Source: Vicugna vicugna (taxonomy: Eukaryota). Taken from it: 64,000 nucleotides of DNA. Under the pieces are notes generated by a model that was not told the origin of the DNA, made no database searches, and worked only from the letters and a program-made list of their open reading frames with translations. The translations under genes and the position numbers were made by a program. The stretch covers positions 2,882,686 through 2,946,685 of the forward strand of contig MU058337.1 of assembly GCA_013265495.1 (NCBI GenBank), in the 5' to 3' direction. Positions 25,467-37,969 of this stretch are shown here, in pieces (the first letter of the stretch is position 1; every line of letters starts with the position of its first letter).

Positions 25467-26629
25467 TACTGGAAAGGACCAGAAGGCTCCATGTGAAAAA
25501 TTGCTTTTGACATTCCCTGAGTAGGATCATTTTACAAGGTGTAGGAAGAAGGAAAGGGCAGGTCAGCTAGAAGAAACAGTATGATGAGGGCATGGGGACA
25601 TGAGAGTACATAACACACCCTGGAAATTGTTGAGGTCTGATGCGATAGACCAGAGTGCGTAACGCCTGGATCCATTGAAAAGGAAGTTATTGACAGGTGA
25701 AGAATTAATATTTAGGACATGATAAAAGATTTTCATGTAGGGAAATGGATAATAAGGTGTGAGTTAGAAAAAAAATGAGTCTTGGCAACAGTGTTAGAAA
25801 TGAATTGGATTTGGAAGCACTTGGAAGAGTTTTACACATTTGGAGTTTATTACAATAGACGAAGGGGGGAAAAAACAGAATTGGAGCAGAGAAACTGGAA
25901 ATGGAAATGCATTGCTGAGAAGGAATTGATATAATCCATACATTTTTGGGGGAGTAAGAAATTGAGGAAAAGACAAAATCTAAGACAAAAATGATACATT
26001 TTAGGTGTGTGACCCCACAAAAGGTATGACATAATTAGGACTAAGGGAGGCAGAACACATTTGGAGACTGTAAGTAAGGAAAGTTTAAAAAAAAAAAACA
26101 GCATGTGTATGGAATTTGCAGGAAAAAAAATCCAGACCTAGGTGGATATAATACTATTACTATAGTATACAAGTGGAATTTTGAAAGTTTACCTTGCTAT
26201 ATTCTTTCACTTAAATTAAAGCCACCCTTCGTGATTCCACCACAAAGATTTCACATCCATATATGACCAGTTCTTCCTCTGCTTAAACCCTTTTAATGGC
26301 TTTTCATAATTCAGATGATTAAATCCAACCTTTTTAAACTGACTTAAAATCGCCTTCATCATGTTCTTTTAGGATCATGGGACTCCCTCCAGTGAAACCA
26401 GATAATTCTGGATAAAGAAATCAGTGGGGTTAGAAGCATGAACTTGCAGGCTTGGTGTCCAAATTTCTGGCTTTCTCTGTGATTCTGGGCTGTAAAGATA
26501 AAATGAAAAACTGAACAATTGTATCACATGCTACTTACAGCAACATTGCTATGTGACTGATTTTTCAAGTCCTCTCGTCCTCCTAAATGAACATGAGTGA
26601 ATGAATCTAAAACAATCCGCCAGACTTAC

Positions 26630-26744
26630 TTCCATAATGTGAAGGTGCCAGATAAGAGGGCAGCAATATGTCTGCACTCCGTCCACGACCAGATGCAATG
26701 CACTTACGCTGAAAATCTGTGCTTCGAGCTGAATAGTAGCGACT
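26630..26744 (-). CDS. Internal coding exon with two in-frame donors: 37 nt (26708-26744, SRYYSARSTDFQ) or 115 nt (adds RKCIASGRGRSADILLPSYLAPSHYG)
   Basis: Minus strand reads tgctgtctttcag|AGTCGC...TTCAGC|gtaagt...TATGGAA|gtaagt; donors 78 nt apart, both ending in phase 1 as needed by exon 17970-18011. Pyrimidine tract is short. Confidence 0.6.
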
Positions 26745-27972
26745 CTGAAAGACAGCACTGATTCTTCTCTTCTCAGTGCCTCTGTGCATCGATTGGTCAG
26801 GTTGCTTTGGTTTGGTTTTAAAGAAAAGATACGGAGTTTGAAGAGCCTGAGAAATAAATCCTAGAAACGATTTTTCACCTTTTTTATTTTTAATTTTTTT
26901 TTTATGAAACATCGCTTATGGCCTGAAGATCTTGTAATGCATGTCCCACTTACAATAAAAGAGAGAGAGAGAGAAAGAAATTGAAGAGCTTCTCCTTGAT
27001 AAGATCTCATCACCAGACAGGGCAGAAGTACGACAATATCTGATATGTAATCTTATCCTTCTTGACAGTTCTATGCCATTTTGAAATAGAGAGACAGAGA
27101 TACTGAGCTGGTCTGATCGAAGATTTTAAAAATATCCCCTGGTAGGCTATTTAAACCCTTTTCTTCCTTGGTGTTACTTTGGAAACCTAGTTTAGTTTTA
27201 GACTTTATAAATGCATTTGGAAGAGTAAAACATTACAGATCAAAACCAATGGAAGTGGTTTGTTAACCAACTAACTCATGTTACTGCAAGCATTGGGGCA
27301 AAAGCTAATTAGCTAATTCCGATGTATGTTAAAATGCATAAGTGCATTATTAATTGATGCATTAATTCTTCAGCATATTTTTCCTGGCTTGTACCTTGAT
27401 TTGTATTTAGCATATTCATTAAATTGATCATTTAATATTTAATAACAATGCACAGTAAAGCAGGGTTATAATGAAATCACAATTCATGGTTATCAAGAGA
27501 ATATGTTTGCATCTTGTATTTAATTGCTTTAAATTATTTTGTGTACAATAAACTCGTAAAACATAATTATACAAAATACTTTACCTCAAAACTAATCGAG
27601 ACAATATGGAAACAAAATATTTTTTCTTTATTATCCTCCCAAAATCCAACACCTTGAACATTGAAATAATACTAACTTTGAAACTCCAGCACCTGTTAGA
27701 TTGTAAGAGTAACAATAGCTTGCCCGTTATCTTCTTTGCATCACGCTAATTTATCTTAAGCCTATATTCACTTGAAAATCAGTGGACTCTTTGAAAAATA
27801 TGAGTATGGATTTGCAATATCCATTAATCAAAGAAAGGAATACAGATATCTTGTGCAGAACACAGCTGTACTGAGAGGTGCCCATGTTTGATCGATGACT
27901 CCTTTAGTGGGAGGCAGACCCAGAATGAAGTGACTTGCATTATTGAAATTTAAAGAATAAATGCAGAACTAT

Positions 27973-28640
27973 TGTGCTAATTCTGGGGGCTGTGATAACA
28001 AAATGCTACAGCCTGGACAGCTTACACAACAGGTATTTGTTGTCTCGGATGTGGAAGCCACAAGTTCAAGCTCAAGGTGTTGGTGAGGTTGGCTCTTTCT
28101 GAGGCTGTGAGAGAGAATCTGGTCCAGGCCCTTTCTTGAGTTCCTGGTGGGTTCTGGCAATCTTTGGTGTACCTTAGAATGTAGATGCGTCACTCAAATC
28201 TTTGCCTACATCTCAGCATAGCATTTTCCCTATGTGCCTGTCTGTCTTTGTGTCCAAATTTCTTGGTTTTTTTTTTAATTAAAAAGTATAAACCTCTAGT
28301 TATGAAATGAAAAAGCGACAGAGATGTAATATACAGCATAAGGAATGTAGCCAATAATGTATTAACTTTGTATGGGGACAGATGGTTACTAGACTTGTCA
28401 TGGTGGTCATTTTGTATTGCATGCAAATATCAAATAACTATGCAGTACACCTGAAACTAACATAACATTGCACATCAACTATAGTTCAGTGAAAAAAAAC
28501 TGTCCCCTTTTTATAAAGACACCAGCTCACCATCATGACCTAATCTTAACTGATCGGCATAAAGCTCATTTCCAGATAAGCTCACATTCTGGGGCGAGGA
28601 TGGCAGTGTCTTTTAGGGGGACACAATTCAATTCATAACA
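27973..28640 (-). mobile_element. MaLR LTR (MLT1B/C-like) interrupted by an L1 fragment
   Basis: ctttctgaggctgtgagagagaatct...tgtgtccaaatttc [insert] cccctttttataaagacaccag...ggggacacaattcaattcataaca. Confidence 0.85.
28280..28499 (+). mobile_element. L1MA-like 3' end with short poly(A), inserted in the MLT1
   Basis: taatatacagcataaggaat...gtacacctgaaactaacataacattgcacatcaactatagttcagtgaaaaaaaa. Confidence 0.8.
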
Positions 28641-31600
28641 ACTAGCCTAAATTTTTAGATAATTATAGGAAGCCAAAATCATATCTATGAAAACATTAAT
28701 ATCCTTGTGGTATAAAGTAAGGATTTCTCTCCATGAATTTGAGTAAATTCCATGCTGTTCCTGCCTTGGAAACTGCGTGTATACCCATATCTGGCTTCAG
28801 TTCTACTTTGAATATTAAAGTAACTAATTTTACCTCTAGAAGGTCGTGATCTCCTCATAATCAATGGAGGCATTTCTCTTCTTTTTCTCAATTAAAGTGT
28901 AGTAAACCTGTCGAGGGAAAAAAAATCTCTATCCCGGAAGATTACATCCATAAAAATTAAAATTTCACAATGAGATTAGAAAACATGCATTACAAAATAT
29001 CAAAATTAAGAATGAGAAGTTATTTTTTGTTGTTTGGGGATATTGATATGGATGGATTGGGTGATGTTCAGTACTGCACTAGTAGAACCAGGAAAACTCA
29101 ATAGGCTGTCCACAGACAACCTCCACTCCTTGAGATACCCCTGAGGGAAACACAGCCGGCTGAGATGTTGAATCAAGGTAGAGCCACATTGCTCTCACCT
29201 GAGATTCCACCCAGGACCCTTCAGTGATGCTACAGAACAAAGGAAGCCTCTAGATCACTGTAGAAGGCAATGCCTACAGGCTGAAAGAGGTGAGGAATTC
29301 CTATTTTATAACAGAAATAAAATTAAACAAAACAAAAACAAACAAAACCAACAATAAGCAAATAAACAAACACAGGAAGTTCTCCTTAATTCCTCCAGGT
29401 ATTTGCTCAGGATACGGGCCCTGATTTAAAAATCTGGCTCTTAAAAGGGTTGATATGTGAAAGTGTCTCTTCATATCACTTACAGAGAGAATATTTGGAG
29501 AGCTGGGTCCTAGCAGAGGGCTCTTGCCTGAGATCAAATGAAAGCCCCAAATTGGCACAACTTGGAAAAGGGGGCTATAATTTAAAAAAAAACCAAAACA
29601 TCCTTCTGCCTGGTAATCTGCCATGTTCATTCCACTGAGAGAAGGAATTTAGGGAAATGCTTTCTTCCTTTAAACAGATTCATTGTGCTGCCTCAGAGAC
29701 TTAAGATTTGTCTGTACAGAGGGCTATGTGTGCACCTGTGCATGTGTGTGTCTTTGTCCCAAGGACTGTGTTAAACAATTAGGGAAGATGTGCGGGGTAC
29801 CAGTGGTTCGCCCTGGCACAGAGAATGAGAAGGGCTGATTCCTTGGACAAAGCTGTGAGATGTTGAACAACTCCTTAATCTGATGCAACTCCTCCCCCAC
29901 CATAAAAAAAGACAATAAAAACAAAACATAGGTAGTTTGTCCATCCCTGAATCAGTGACTGTCGCGCTTAAGGCTGAAATCCTTCCAGCAACTCACCAGA
30001 CACCACATACAGGGGATATGGACTTGAGAAACGTAGGCTGGAAAAGCCCAAGGTGGAGCCTGGGTGCAGATAAATTCCTTTGGACGAAGGGGTGCCTCCT
30101 TATTTTGATAGGTGGGGATTTCTTAGGAGATAGTTAGAGAATGGTTTGGCCTTTGCATTGAGCAGTGACCATAAGTAAGGAGAGTTGGTCTTAGGCAGAT
30201 CAGTACGATATATCCCACCCTATTTTAAGAGGCTAACTTTTAAGATGCTTTCTCCCTTGGACTCTGGAAACATAAGGTTTAAAATATAATTTTTGTATAG
30301 TGATGCTCCCTTCAGAGATTTAATATGCTTCATCATTTTTTTCCAAAAGTCATCACAGCAAGAAGCCATCGTGGAAACACAGGATAGCTCCATAGCTCTG
30401 CCCACCCCACCATCATCCATACATCTGGGCAGGTTGAAGACACCTAGTGAATCGCATTTAGAAGTCACTGTTCAATTACTCTGTCAGAAATGTAAGCTCT
30501 GTTCTGTTTATAAGGGACGCTTCCTCCAGGGTGGTGAGCAAGCTAGAAGAATTTTTAGCAAAAGAGCTTAATAGGCACTTAGGGTTTGGAAAATTCAAAA
30601 ATAAAATTTCCGAATTCTGATGTGACTCACTGAGGAGGGAAGAAGGATTACACTTCTAAGCCTCTAAGAAACCACCCGCTGGAAGTGGTGTAGCTCAACT
30701 AATACTGCTGGCTTGGCCTCCTCGGAGATGTGGGGTGACCACTGGAACAGGAAACCAATAGGCCAGAGATTCAATTTTCAAGCCCCTAGAAAGGCAGTCC
30801 CAAAGGAAGCTTAAAGCCTGAGGAATTCGGATGGAATTCATCCAGGAATCACAGCTGAGCCGGCATGGGTGGGAGGACCAGATGCAGGTGGACTGATTCC
30901 AATCCAGCCGCGCATCCACTAGGGTGTGGAAGCTTGTGTACCTGTTCTTTCGCGTTCACCTTTTTGATTCCACTGCATCCAGGGTTCTCAGGTGAAGGAG
31001 AGGGAACACTTCAAGATGAACATCCTTGATTTCTTTGCTAAAAGGGCAAGCAGCATTTCAGTTGACTAACAGGGTAAATAAATAGTAAATAGCCTCATAT
31101 AAATTAATGTTTTGAGTGAACTAAGAACATATACCTCCATAAACTGGCATAAAACCTCATTTTCATTAAGACTTAATTAGGAATAATCCACAAAACAAAC
31201 TCAGATCAGTAATATAAAAACAAATTTTGGAAGAAGTGCAGGGGAAGAGTGAAATATTCTCAATAAAGCAGGACACAATTTCCCCCCGCCCATCCTCCTT
31301 CAGGGACACATCCTGAAATTACGGGGTCTCCACTTACATGCCATCACCTGAATACTCTCAGGTACCATCTAGTTATAAAGAAGTTAAAATAAATGAATGA
31401 ATTCCAGGCTGCCGTGGGTTCAAGTTACAGAAAGATCTATCACAATACAGAAAGGGAGGCCTGAAAGGGTGGCAGCCAGCAAGCTGTCCCCAGTCCATGA
31501 ACTAACATGCGTGTAAATACATCACCCAAATAAAGCCTTGACTGCGGTTTGCAAATGTCATAACAGTGTTGTAACTTCCACTAACAGTGATGGTTTCCAG

Positions 31601-32904
31601 GAATAACTGGGCTGCACTTAGGTCCCTGTTCTCAGAGGCTGTGATTTGCAGTATTTTATTAGATATTCATCAATCTTAAACAGAAACTGTGTTCAGTTTA
31701 ACACAAAATAATTTTTTTTTGTAAAAATTTGTCCTGTGAGGGGAACTGCGCATATTGTGAAAGGCAGAGGACTGAACATATTGAACATATTGTGCAGGGA
31801 GAGAATTCCATCCAGCAGGAGGTTTGATGCTGGGAGCTTCATTACACACCCTCGAGAGGACTGTCATGGGCAGCTTTCAAAGTGAAAACAGATACTGTTA
31901 AGAAAGCGATTGCAAAGTGCAAAGAGTAAATTGCAAAGACAGAGGGGAGACATAGAAAAGCCCACTTCATTTTCCATATTAAAGCATTAGAGACAAGAGT
32001 TATCACTGGTAAATCTCTGGGGAGTAATTTGATCAACGCTCAGCTGTGACCTTTTCTATCTGAAACAGAAGGTGTGTTTGCTTTATGATTTCTTATAGTC
32101 TGTTGGTGATGAAGCCACACACACACTCTACCCATAATATGATGAGACCTATTTGAGGCTGTTTCCTCAACATCAAATATAATGCACATTTCATTATGAA
32201 TCCATTCTTATCCATTAAAATGCCATTTTAAATGATGTTTCGGCAAATGTTTTCAGGATGGTTTTATTCTAGTAGGAGGTGATTTATGGCACTAAATGGT
32301 ATAGGCTGAAATCACTAGCACTGAAACAATGGGACTCATGTGAGGAATGCATCAAAATTCCCACACGGTATTATTACTCAAATAGGAAAAAAATGCATTA
32401 TTCAATTAGCAGCTTTAATATAATTTCAACATCAGTCACATTGGCTTTTTAATAAGTCTAGAATTATAAACATCAGATTTAATATACAAAAATCTCTGGG
32501 TAAAATATTCTATTTATTTTTAGGAGCTTTGTTTCCCTAAATATTTAAATAATTTTTATTTTGCAATGTTTAAGTTATTTGAGCAACAAAAAGAAGGAAA
32601 AACAACTTTTTTAGATCTTTTCATTTTTTTCCACTTATTCCGGGAATTTAATCACATGATATCATTGAAAATACTTCAGTCAAACCAGTGAAAGCTAGCT
32701 AAGTGATCTGAGAAGCAAAAGCAGATGAAACATTTCTGCTTGTTTGTTTTATATACATGATTGGCTATTTAAGGGATATGTGAACATAATCAAAATCTAC
32801 ACTAAAATGTTAAATATTGTAAATTGACTTTCCTTCAATAAAATTTTTTTTAAAAAATTTTAAAAATGTCAAATATTGTCCAAGTTTGATTTTTCTCTAA
32901 GTAA

Positions 32905-34340
32905 ATTTTCTTTTCTTTTTTATTTGAAGTATAGTTGGCTTTTTTATTGAACTATAGTCAGTGACAACGTGTCAATTGCTAATATACGGCATTATGCTGT
33001 TTCAGCCATACATACACATACATGTATTAGTTTTCCTACTCTTTTTTACTATAGGTTATTATATCAAATATAGTTCCCTGTGCTATACAGAAGAAATTTG
33101 TATTTTTATCAGTTTTATATATAGTAGTTAGTATTTGCAAATCTCAAACTCCTAATTTTTATGATAGTTTCCAGTATACAAAATAGTGATTTGATGTTTT
33201 TATAGATTACATACCAGACAAATTTATTATAAAATACTGACTATATTCTCTGTGCTGTACATCACATTCCTGTGAATTATTTACTTCCTACCTGGTAGTC
33301 TGCACTTCTTAGCCTCCGTGACCTGTTTCACCCTCTTCCCCATTCCTTGTCCCTCTGGTAACCACCAAGTTTCTCTATCCGTGAGCCTGTTTTAATTTTG
33401 TTATAATTGTTCATTTGTTTTGTTTTTTAGATTCCACGTATAGGTGAGAACACACAGTATTTGTATTTCTGTCTGAATTATTTCACTGAGCAGAATACCC
33501 TCCAGGTTTATCCATGTTGTCACAAATGACAAGATTTCACTCTTTTATGAATGAGGAATATTCCGTTGTGTGTGTGTGTGCATGTGTGTATACGTACACC
33601 ACATCTTTCTTATTCATTCATCTGTTGATGGGCACTTTGGTTGCTTCCATATCTTGACTATTGTAAATAATGCTGCTGTGAACACTGGGGTGCATAAAGC
33701 TTTTCAAATTCATGTTTTTTTTTCTTCAGATAAATACCCAGAAGTGGAATTGCTGAGTTGTATGGTCCTTCTATTTCTATTTTTTTGAGGAAGCTCCATA
33801 CTGTTCTCCACAGTGGCTGCACCAATTTAGATCCCCACCAGCAGTGTGGGAGGGCTCCTTTACTCCACGTCCTCTCCAACACTTGTTTCTGCTTGTCTTG
33901 TTGACTACAGCCCTTCTCCAGCTGTGAGGGGATCTCTCCTTGTGGTTTTGGTTTTCATTTCCCTGGTGATTAGTGATGATTATTGATTAGCATCTTTTCA
34001 TGTGCATGTTGGCCACCTGTATGTCTTCTTTGAAAAAATGCTTATTCAGGTCCTCTGCCCATTTTTATTTAGATTGTTTGCTTTTTTGGACACTGAGTTG
34101 TATGAGTTTTCTATGTTTTGGATATTAGTCTTTATCAGACACATCATTTGCAAATATCGTAGCTCATTCAGTAGGTTCTCTTTTCATTTTGCTCTTTGCC
34201 TTTTGCTTTGATTAGGTCCCATTTGTTTATTTCATGCTTTTGTTTTTCTTGCCTGAAGAGACAGATCCAAAAACTATTGCTCAGACTGATGTCAAAGAGC
34301 GTACTGCCTGTATTTTCTTCTATGAGTCTTATGGTTTCAG
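32905..34340 (-). mobile_element. 5'-truncated L1 (ORF2 C-terminus plus 3' UTR)
   Basis: ORF 33658-33882 gives HCWWGSKLVQPLWRTVWSFLKK...AIPLLGIY, the L1 ORF2 C-terminal motif; T-rich tail at 32905-32925. Confidence 0.92.
32940..33157 (-). mobile_element. Younger L1 3'-end fragment nested in the tail of the older L1
   Basis: Second ttttttattgaactatagtcagt terminus and tatagttccctgtgctatacagaagaaa...gcaaatctcaaactcc, after which the older L1 3' UTR resumes. Confidence 0.7.
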
Positions 34341-37194
34341 GAAATTGTCTTGAATAATGTCTCTAGTAAATCTAATTTCCCCCATCATTGTATATATTTA
34401 AAATAAAAATTTATTTGATTTATACCTAAATGCATATCCCAAGCTCTGTGGATATTTCTCCACAGAAATCTGATTATGCTGAAAGTGAACATAATTAAAT
34501 GATAGAAGCTGCTACATATTAGTATAAATTAACCTACATTGCAAGAAGTACTAAAGAAAAATGTGAAATAATGTCAATTATGAATTGTGTTGTAATTACT
34601 AATAATCAACGAAAGGAAAGAAAATGCTGTTGATACAGTGAAAAGTGTTTTTTCTAGTCTGTGCTAGAAAAATAGCGTCACTCCTGGAGGCTTGTCCCCT
34701 TCATATTAATTTAGAAAAAGGTTCATAGTGCACTGAAATCTCATATACCATGCATAGCAAAAATGCCACTGAGTGATGTTTTGTTGTTTGTTTTCTTTTC
34801 CCTCAAGAATAATAGATAGTTTTACTTTATTCAAGGGCCAATCAGATTTTAAAAGGATAATGTGGATGTTGACATATCTACTAAATTGTAAATATTATTG
34901 GGAAAAGAAGAGCAAAAGAAAGGTTTGTGCCAGCACAGCTTTTCAACGTAGACCAAGATAATCAAAATCCTATATTGATTAAAGATGTCTAGTGGAAATA
35001 GAAAAAGAATATTCTTAGTTTCCATGTTTTGAAGGACTGACAGGCATTCTTATCTTGAAGACAAACATATGAGGCTTATGCCTAAAGGATTTTTAGTCAC
35101 ATGCAATTTAGGAATTAGTGAACTAGCTGAACTTCCTTCTAGAACACAACCTGTTTATAAACGAAAGAAATGTCTGCATATTGGACAACCTCTCATGTAT
35201 GTACTGTACACGGTCCAGATTCCATTGTGATGATCCTTGGGAAGTAATAAGCACATTTCTCGTGGACAAATTGTATCATTAAAATGAGACGGCATTACGC
35301 CCTAGTTGCTTTTTCAAATAGAATCACTGATCCTGAACAAAAACAACATGTCTCAAGATCAATAAGGACAAAGGAAACCACGTTTTTTAATTAGAACCAG
35401 CAATCGCTAACAGTAAGATTTCATGGCCTATCTTGACTTAAGAAGTACAACACTTAATGACTATTTAAGTAGATACCTCCATACATATACAGGTTTAGTG
35501 ACAAATAAACTACTGTCTCTTCCCCTGCCCCCACCTGCTCCCAGCTGCCCTTTCAGTTAAACTGAGCACATGTTGGCTGCAAGAAGGATTGTTCGTTCTG
35601 GAGCAATAATACGTAAAAAGCATTTTATGGGAGAATATACTAGGGCCACCTAGTTACATTTAATAAAGTTTTGCATAATCCTTCGCTTAATACATTAGTA
35701 TTTCAGCAAACTTATGAATGACTGTACTTAGAAAATACGTGATTCTGGAAGAGTTAGTTGGGGGTGAGAAGGGGCAGAGGGAGCGTGTGAGGTGGGCTTA
35801 GGGATCCACAGGGAAAGAGGGGTGTAGGGGCCGGGTACAGGGACAGGTGGGATGGTCAGGACAGCCTTAGAGCTCAGGTCCAGCGGGGCGAGGACTCAGG
35901 GGGAGGGAAGAGCCGCTGGCTTTGAGTTGAAAGATGAGGGTGAGAGAGGAACCAGAATAATTCCTTTAGAAAAGAAAACAGCAAATTATGATATAGAGAA
36001 GGGGGTGGGAATCCCAGATCAGGGGGAAAAATAGATGAATTCAGGTGGGAGGGTGAGGGCATCTTGAGGCACCCTGTCTGTGTTCTAGGGCTCTGGGGAG
36101 AGGAGGGCAGGTGATAGGAATGGAAGCTGAGAGGATGGACGTAGTCAGAAGGGTTTGGATTGGATGTGAGCAAGCTGACCTTTCTGCCAAGGGGTCTAGG
36201 CTGCCTGGATTCTCAGGGGTCCCAGGAAGGTCTCCCACCCACCATGAGGCCACGGTCATCTGGGCCATGCCTGAGGCCAGCGCTCTGACAGGCGAAGACC
36301 CAGGCGCCATGAGCTGGTGGCCTTCTCCATGGTCTTGCTGAGCCATGGAGACAACCAGAGACAAGCTCACAGCCCTGCACTGCACACCTGCTCCCTCACC
36401 TCTGACCGGGGACCACAGAGGCTGTAGAAGCTTAGGGGGGAGAGTGAAGGCACTGCCCGGAATCCTTAAACATAAGCGGAGCCTAAGAGCCTCCCAGCCT
36501 GTCTCAGTGAAGCCCCTCCCGTTTCGTTGTTCCCGCCATAATTCTATCAGGAGCCAGGTAGGGACCAGCAAACGATCTTTGGATATTTCCTACTTCTCTC
36601 AGGAAATGGGAAAAGAGGAGCTAAGAGTCGGGTGTACTCGGCTGTTACTTAAGGTTATTACAGGCGCTTTCTCGTTGAAAGGTGGCCTGAAAAACGAATT
36701 GAAGTGCCTTTTCCTCCTCTGGTCCAGGGGAATGTAGGTGGCTGAACACAGACTCTAGAGGCTTCAGATAATCTGGAGATGTTTCAACCTGCAGGTCAGG
36801 GGGACCTGGCAAGGGGACTGGTCTTCTCTCCCTGGGAAACATGGACCATCTTCGTCCTTATGATTCTCCAGGTTCCACTGGACTGATTCCCACATCCCAC
36901 TTCCAATCTCAGCTCTTTCCAATTCTGCCAAGAATGGCTCCCACCTCGGCTCTCAGACATGCTCCTGGTCCAACTCTCAGCCCATCACAATGTCTCAGAG
37001 AGGTGGCCTGGGAACCAGGAGCCTCAAGTGGTCTTGTGCGAATGGGATGTTTCTGGTGATGGGTGGGAGCGAGGACGGAGAGGCAGACATGCATCCGTGG
37101 CCACTGTTTTCTTGGGCTTTCTTGCCAGTGACTCTTCTTTCACTGAAATAGATCCCTCGCCCTTTCTCAGCCCTTAGTTCCACAGTTTGTTAAT

Positions 37195-37410
37195 TTTTTA
37201 AATAAGCAATTATCGGCATTTACAAGGCATAGATTGTGCTAGACTCTAGGGATGGGGATAACACAAATGAATAAGAGAGGTTCTTACATCAAGGAATTTA
37301 AAATCCTAAGGAAGACAGAGATGGGCCAGCAGCTGATTGTAGTAAGCGGAATATAAGGCGAGATGAAGATGTGCAAGCTGGGAGCACAGGCTGTGTGCTG
37401 TGGGAGTGCA
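37195..37410 (-). mobile_element. L2 3' fragment
   Basis: attgtgctagactctagggat...aaatgaataaga...tcaaggaattt. Confidence 0.5.
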
Positions 37411-37969
37411 GGTTAATGCAGACAGAATCCATGCTATTTGTTGATGTGTTGACTGTAAAAATTCTTATTCTTAAAAAAAAATTCAAATGAAAACCTCCTC
37501 TATATCTCTTTTTGAAGCACACATTAGTTTAATTATTTATGTATTAGTTAATATTTTATATTCAATAATATCAAAGTCCCTTTATGTAGGATGGTAAATT
37601 GTAGTAATAAAAATGCTGTAATTTGAAAAGCTGAAAACAAATTAGTTTTTACAAATGGTACATTGATAAAAGTAGAATATGTGTATCTCCGTTCTCAACA
37701 TGAACGTCAAGAAAGACTGTAAAGTTATGAGAGATCTGGCTCCCTTCATTGATCCAAGTTGTCATGCAATTATTTGGGTAAATGTATAAATGGAAATTGT
37801 AGCACTTCAACACCCACATCAGCAGGCAGTACAGACTTCCTTGGTTCTGAGGATGTCTGTGTTTATTTTATTTTATATGTCTACTAGAAACAGTATGCAA
37901 ATATGGTTATGAACAAGAGCACTGGAGCAGGGCTGACATGGGTTTAAACGCACAGCTTTTCTACTTTTT

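Noticed and set aside
26630..26671. Separate exon using an internal cag near 26672
   Set aside because: No pyrimidine tract, and the implied intron would be only about 36 nt.
9929..26744. Alternative reading frame for the exon chain (SLLFSSKHRFSA-GLAHDQAHSDTAQRSRTPGSRDAS*)
   Set aside because: Open only with the short donor; the 115-nt form hits a stop. Less parsimonious, though not formally excluded.
31338..31368. Minus-strand tag|...|gtaagt 31-nt pseudo-exon
   Set aside because: Two frames contain stops and the third creates TAG on joining the next exon.
33658..33882. ORF with real protein motifs
   Set aside because: It is a broken L1 ORF2 C-terminus, not a host gene.
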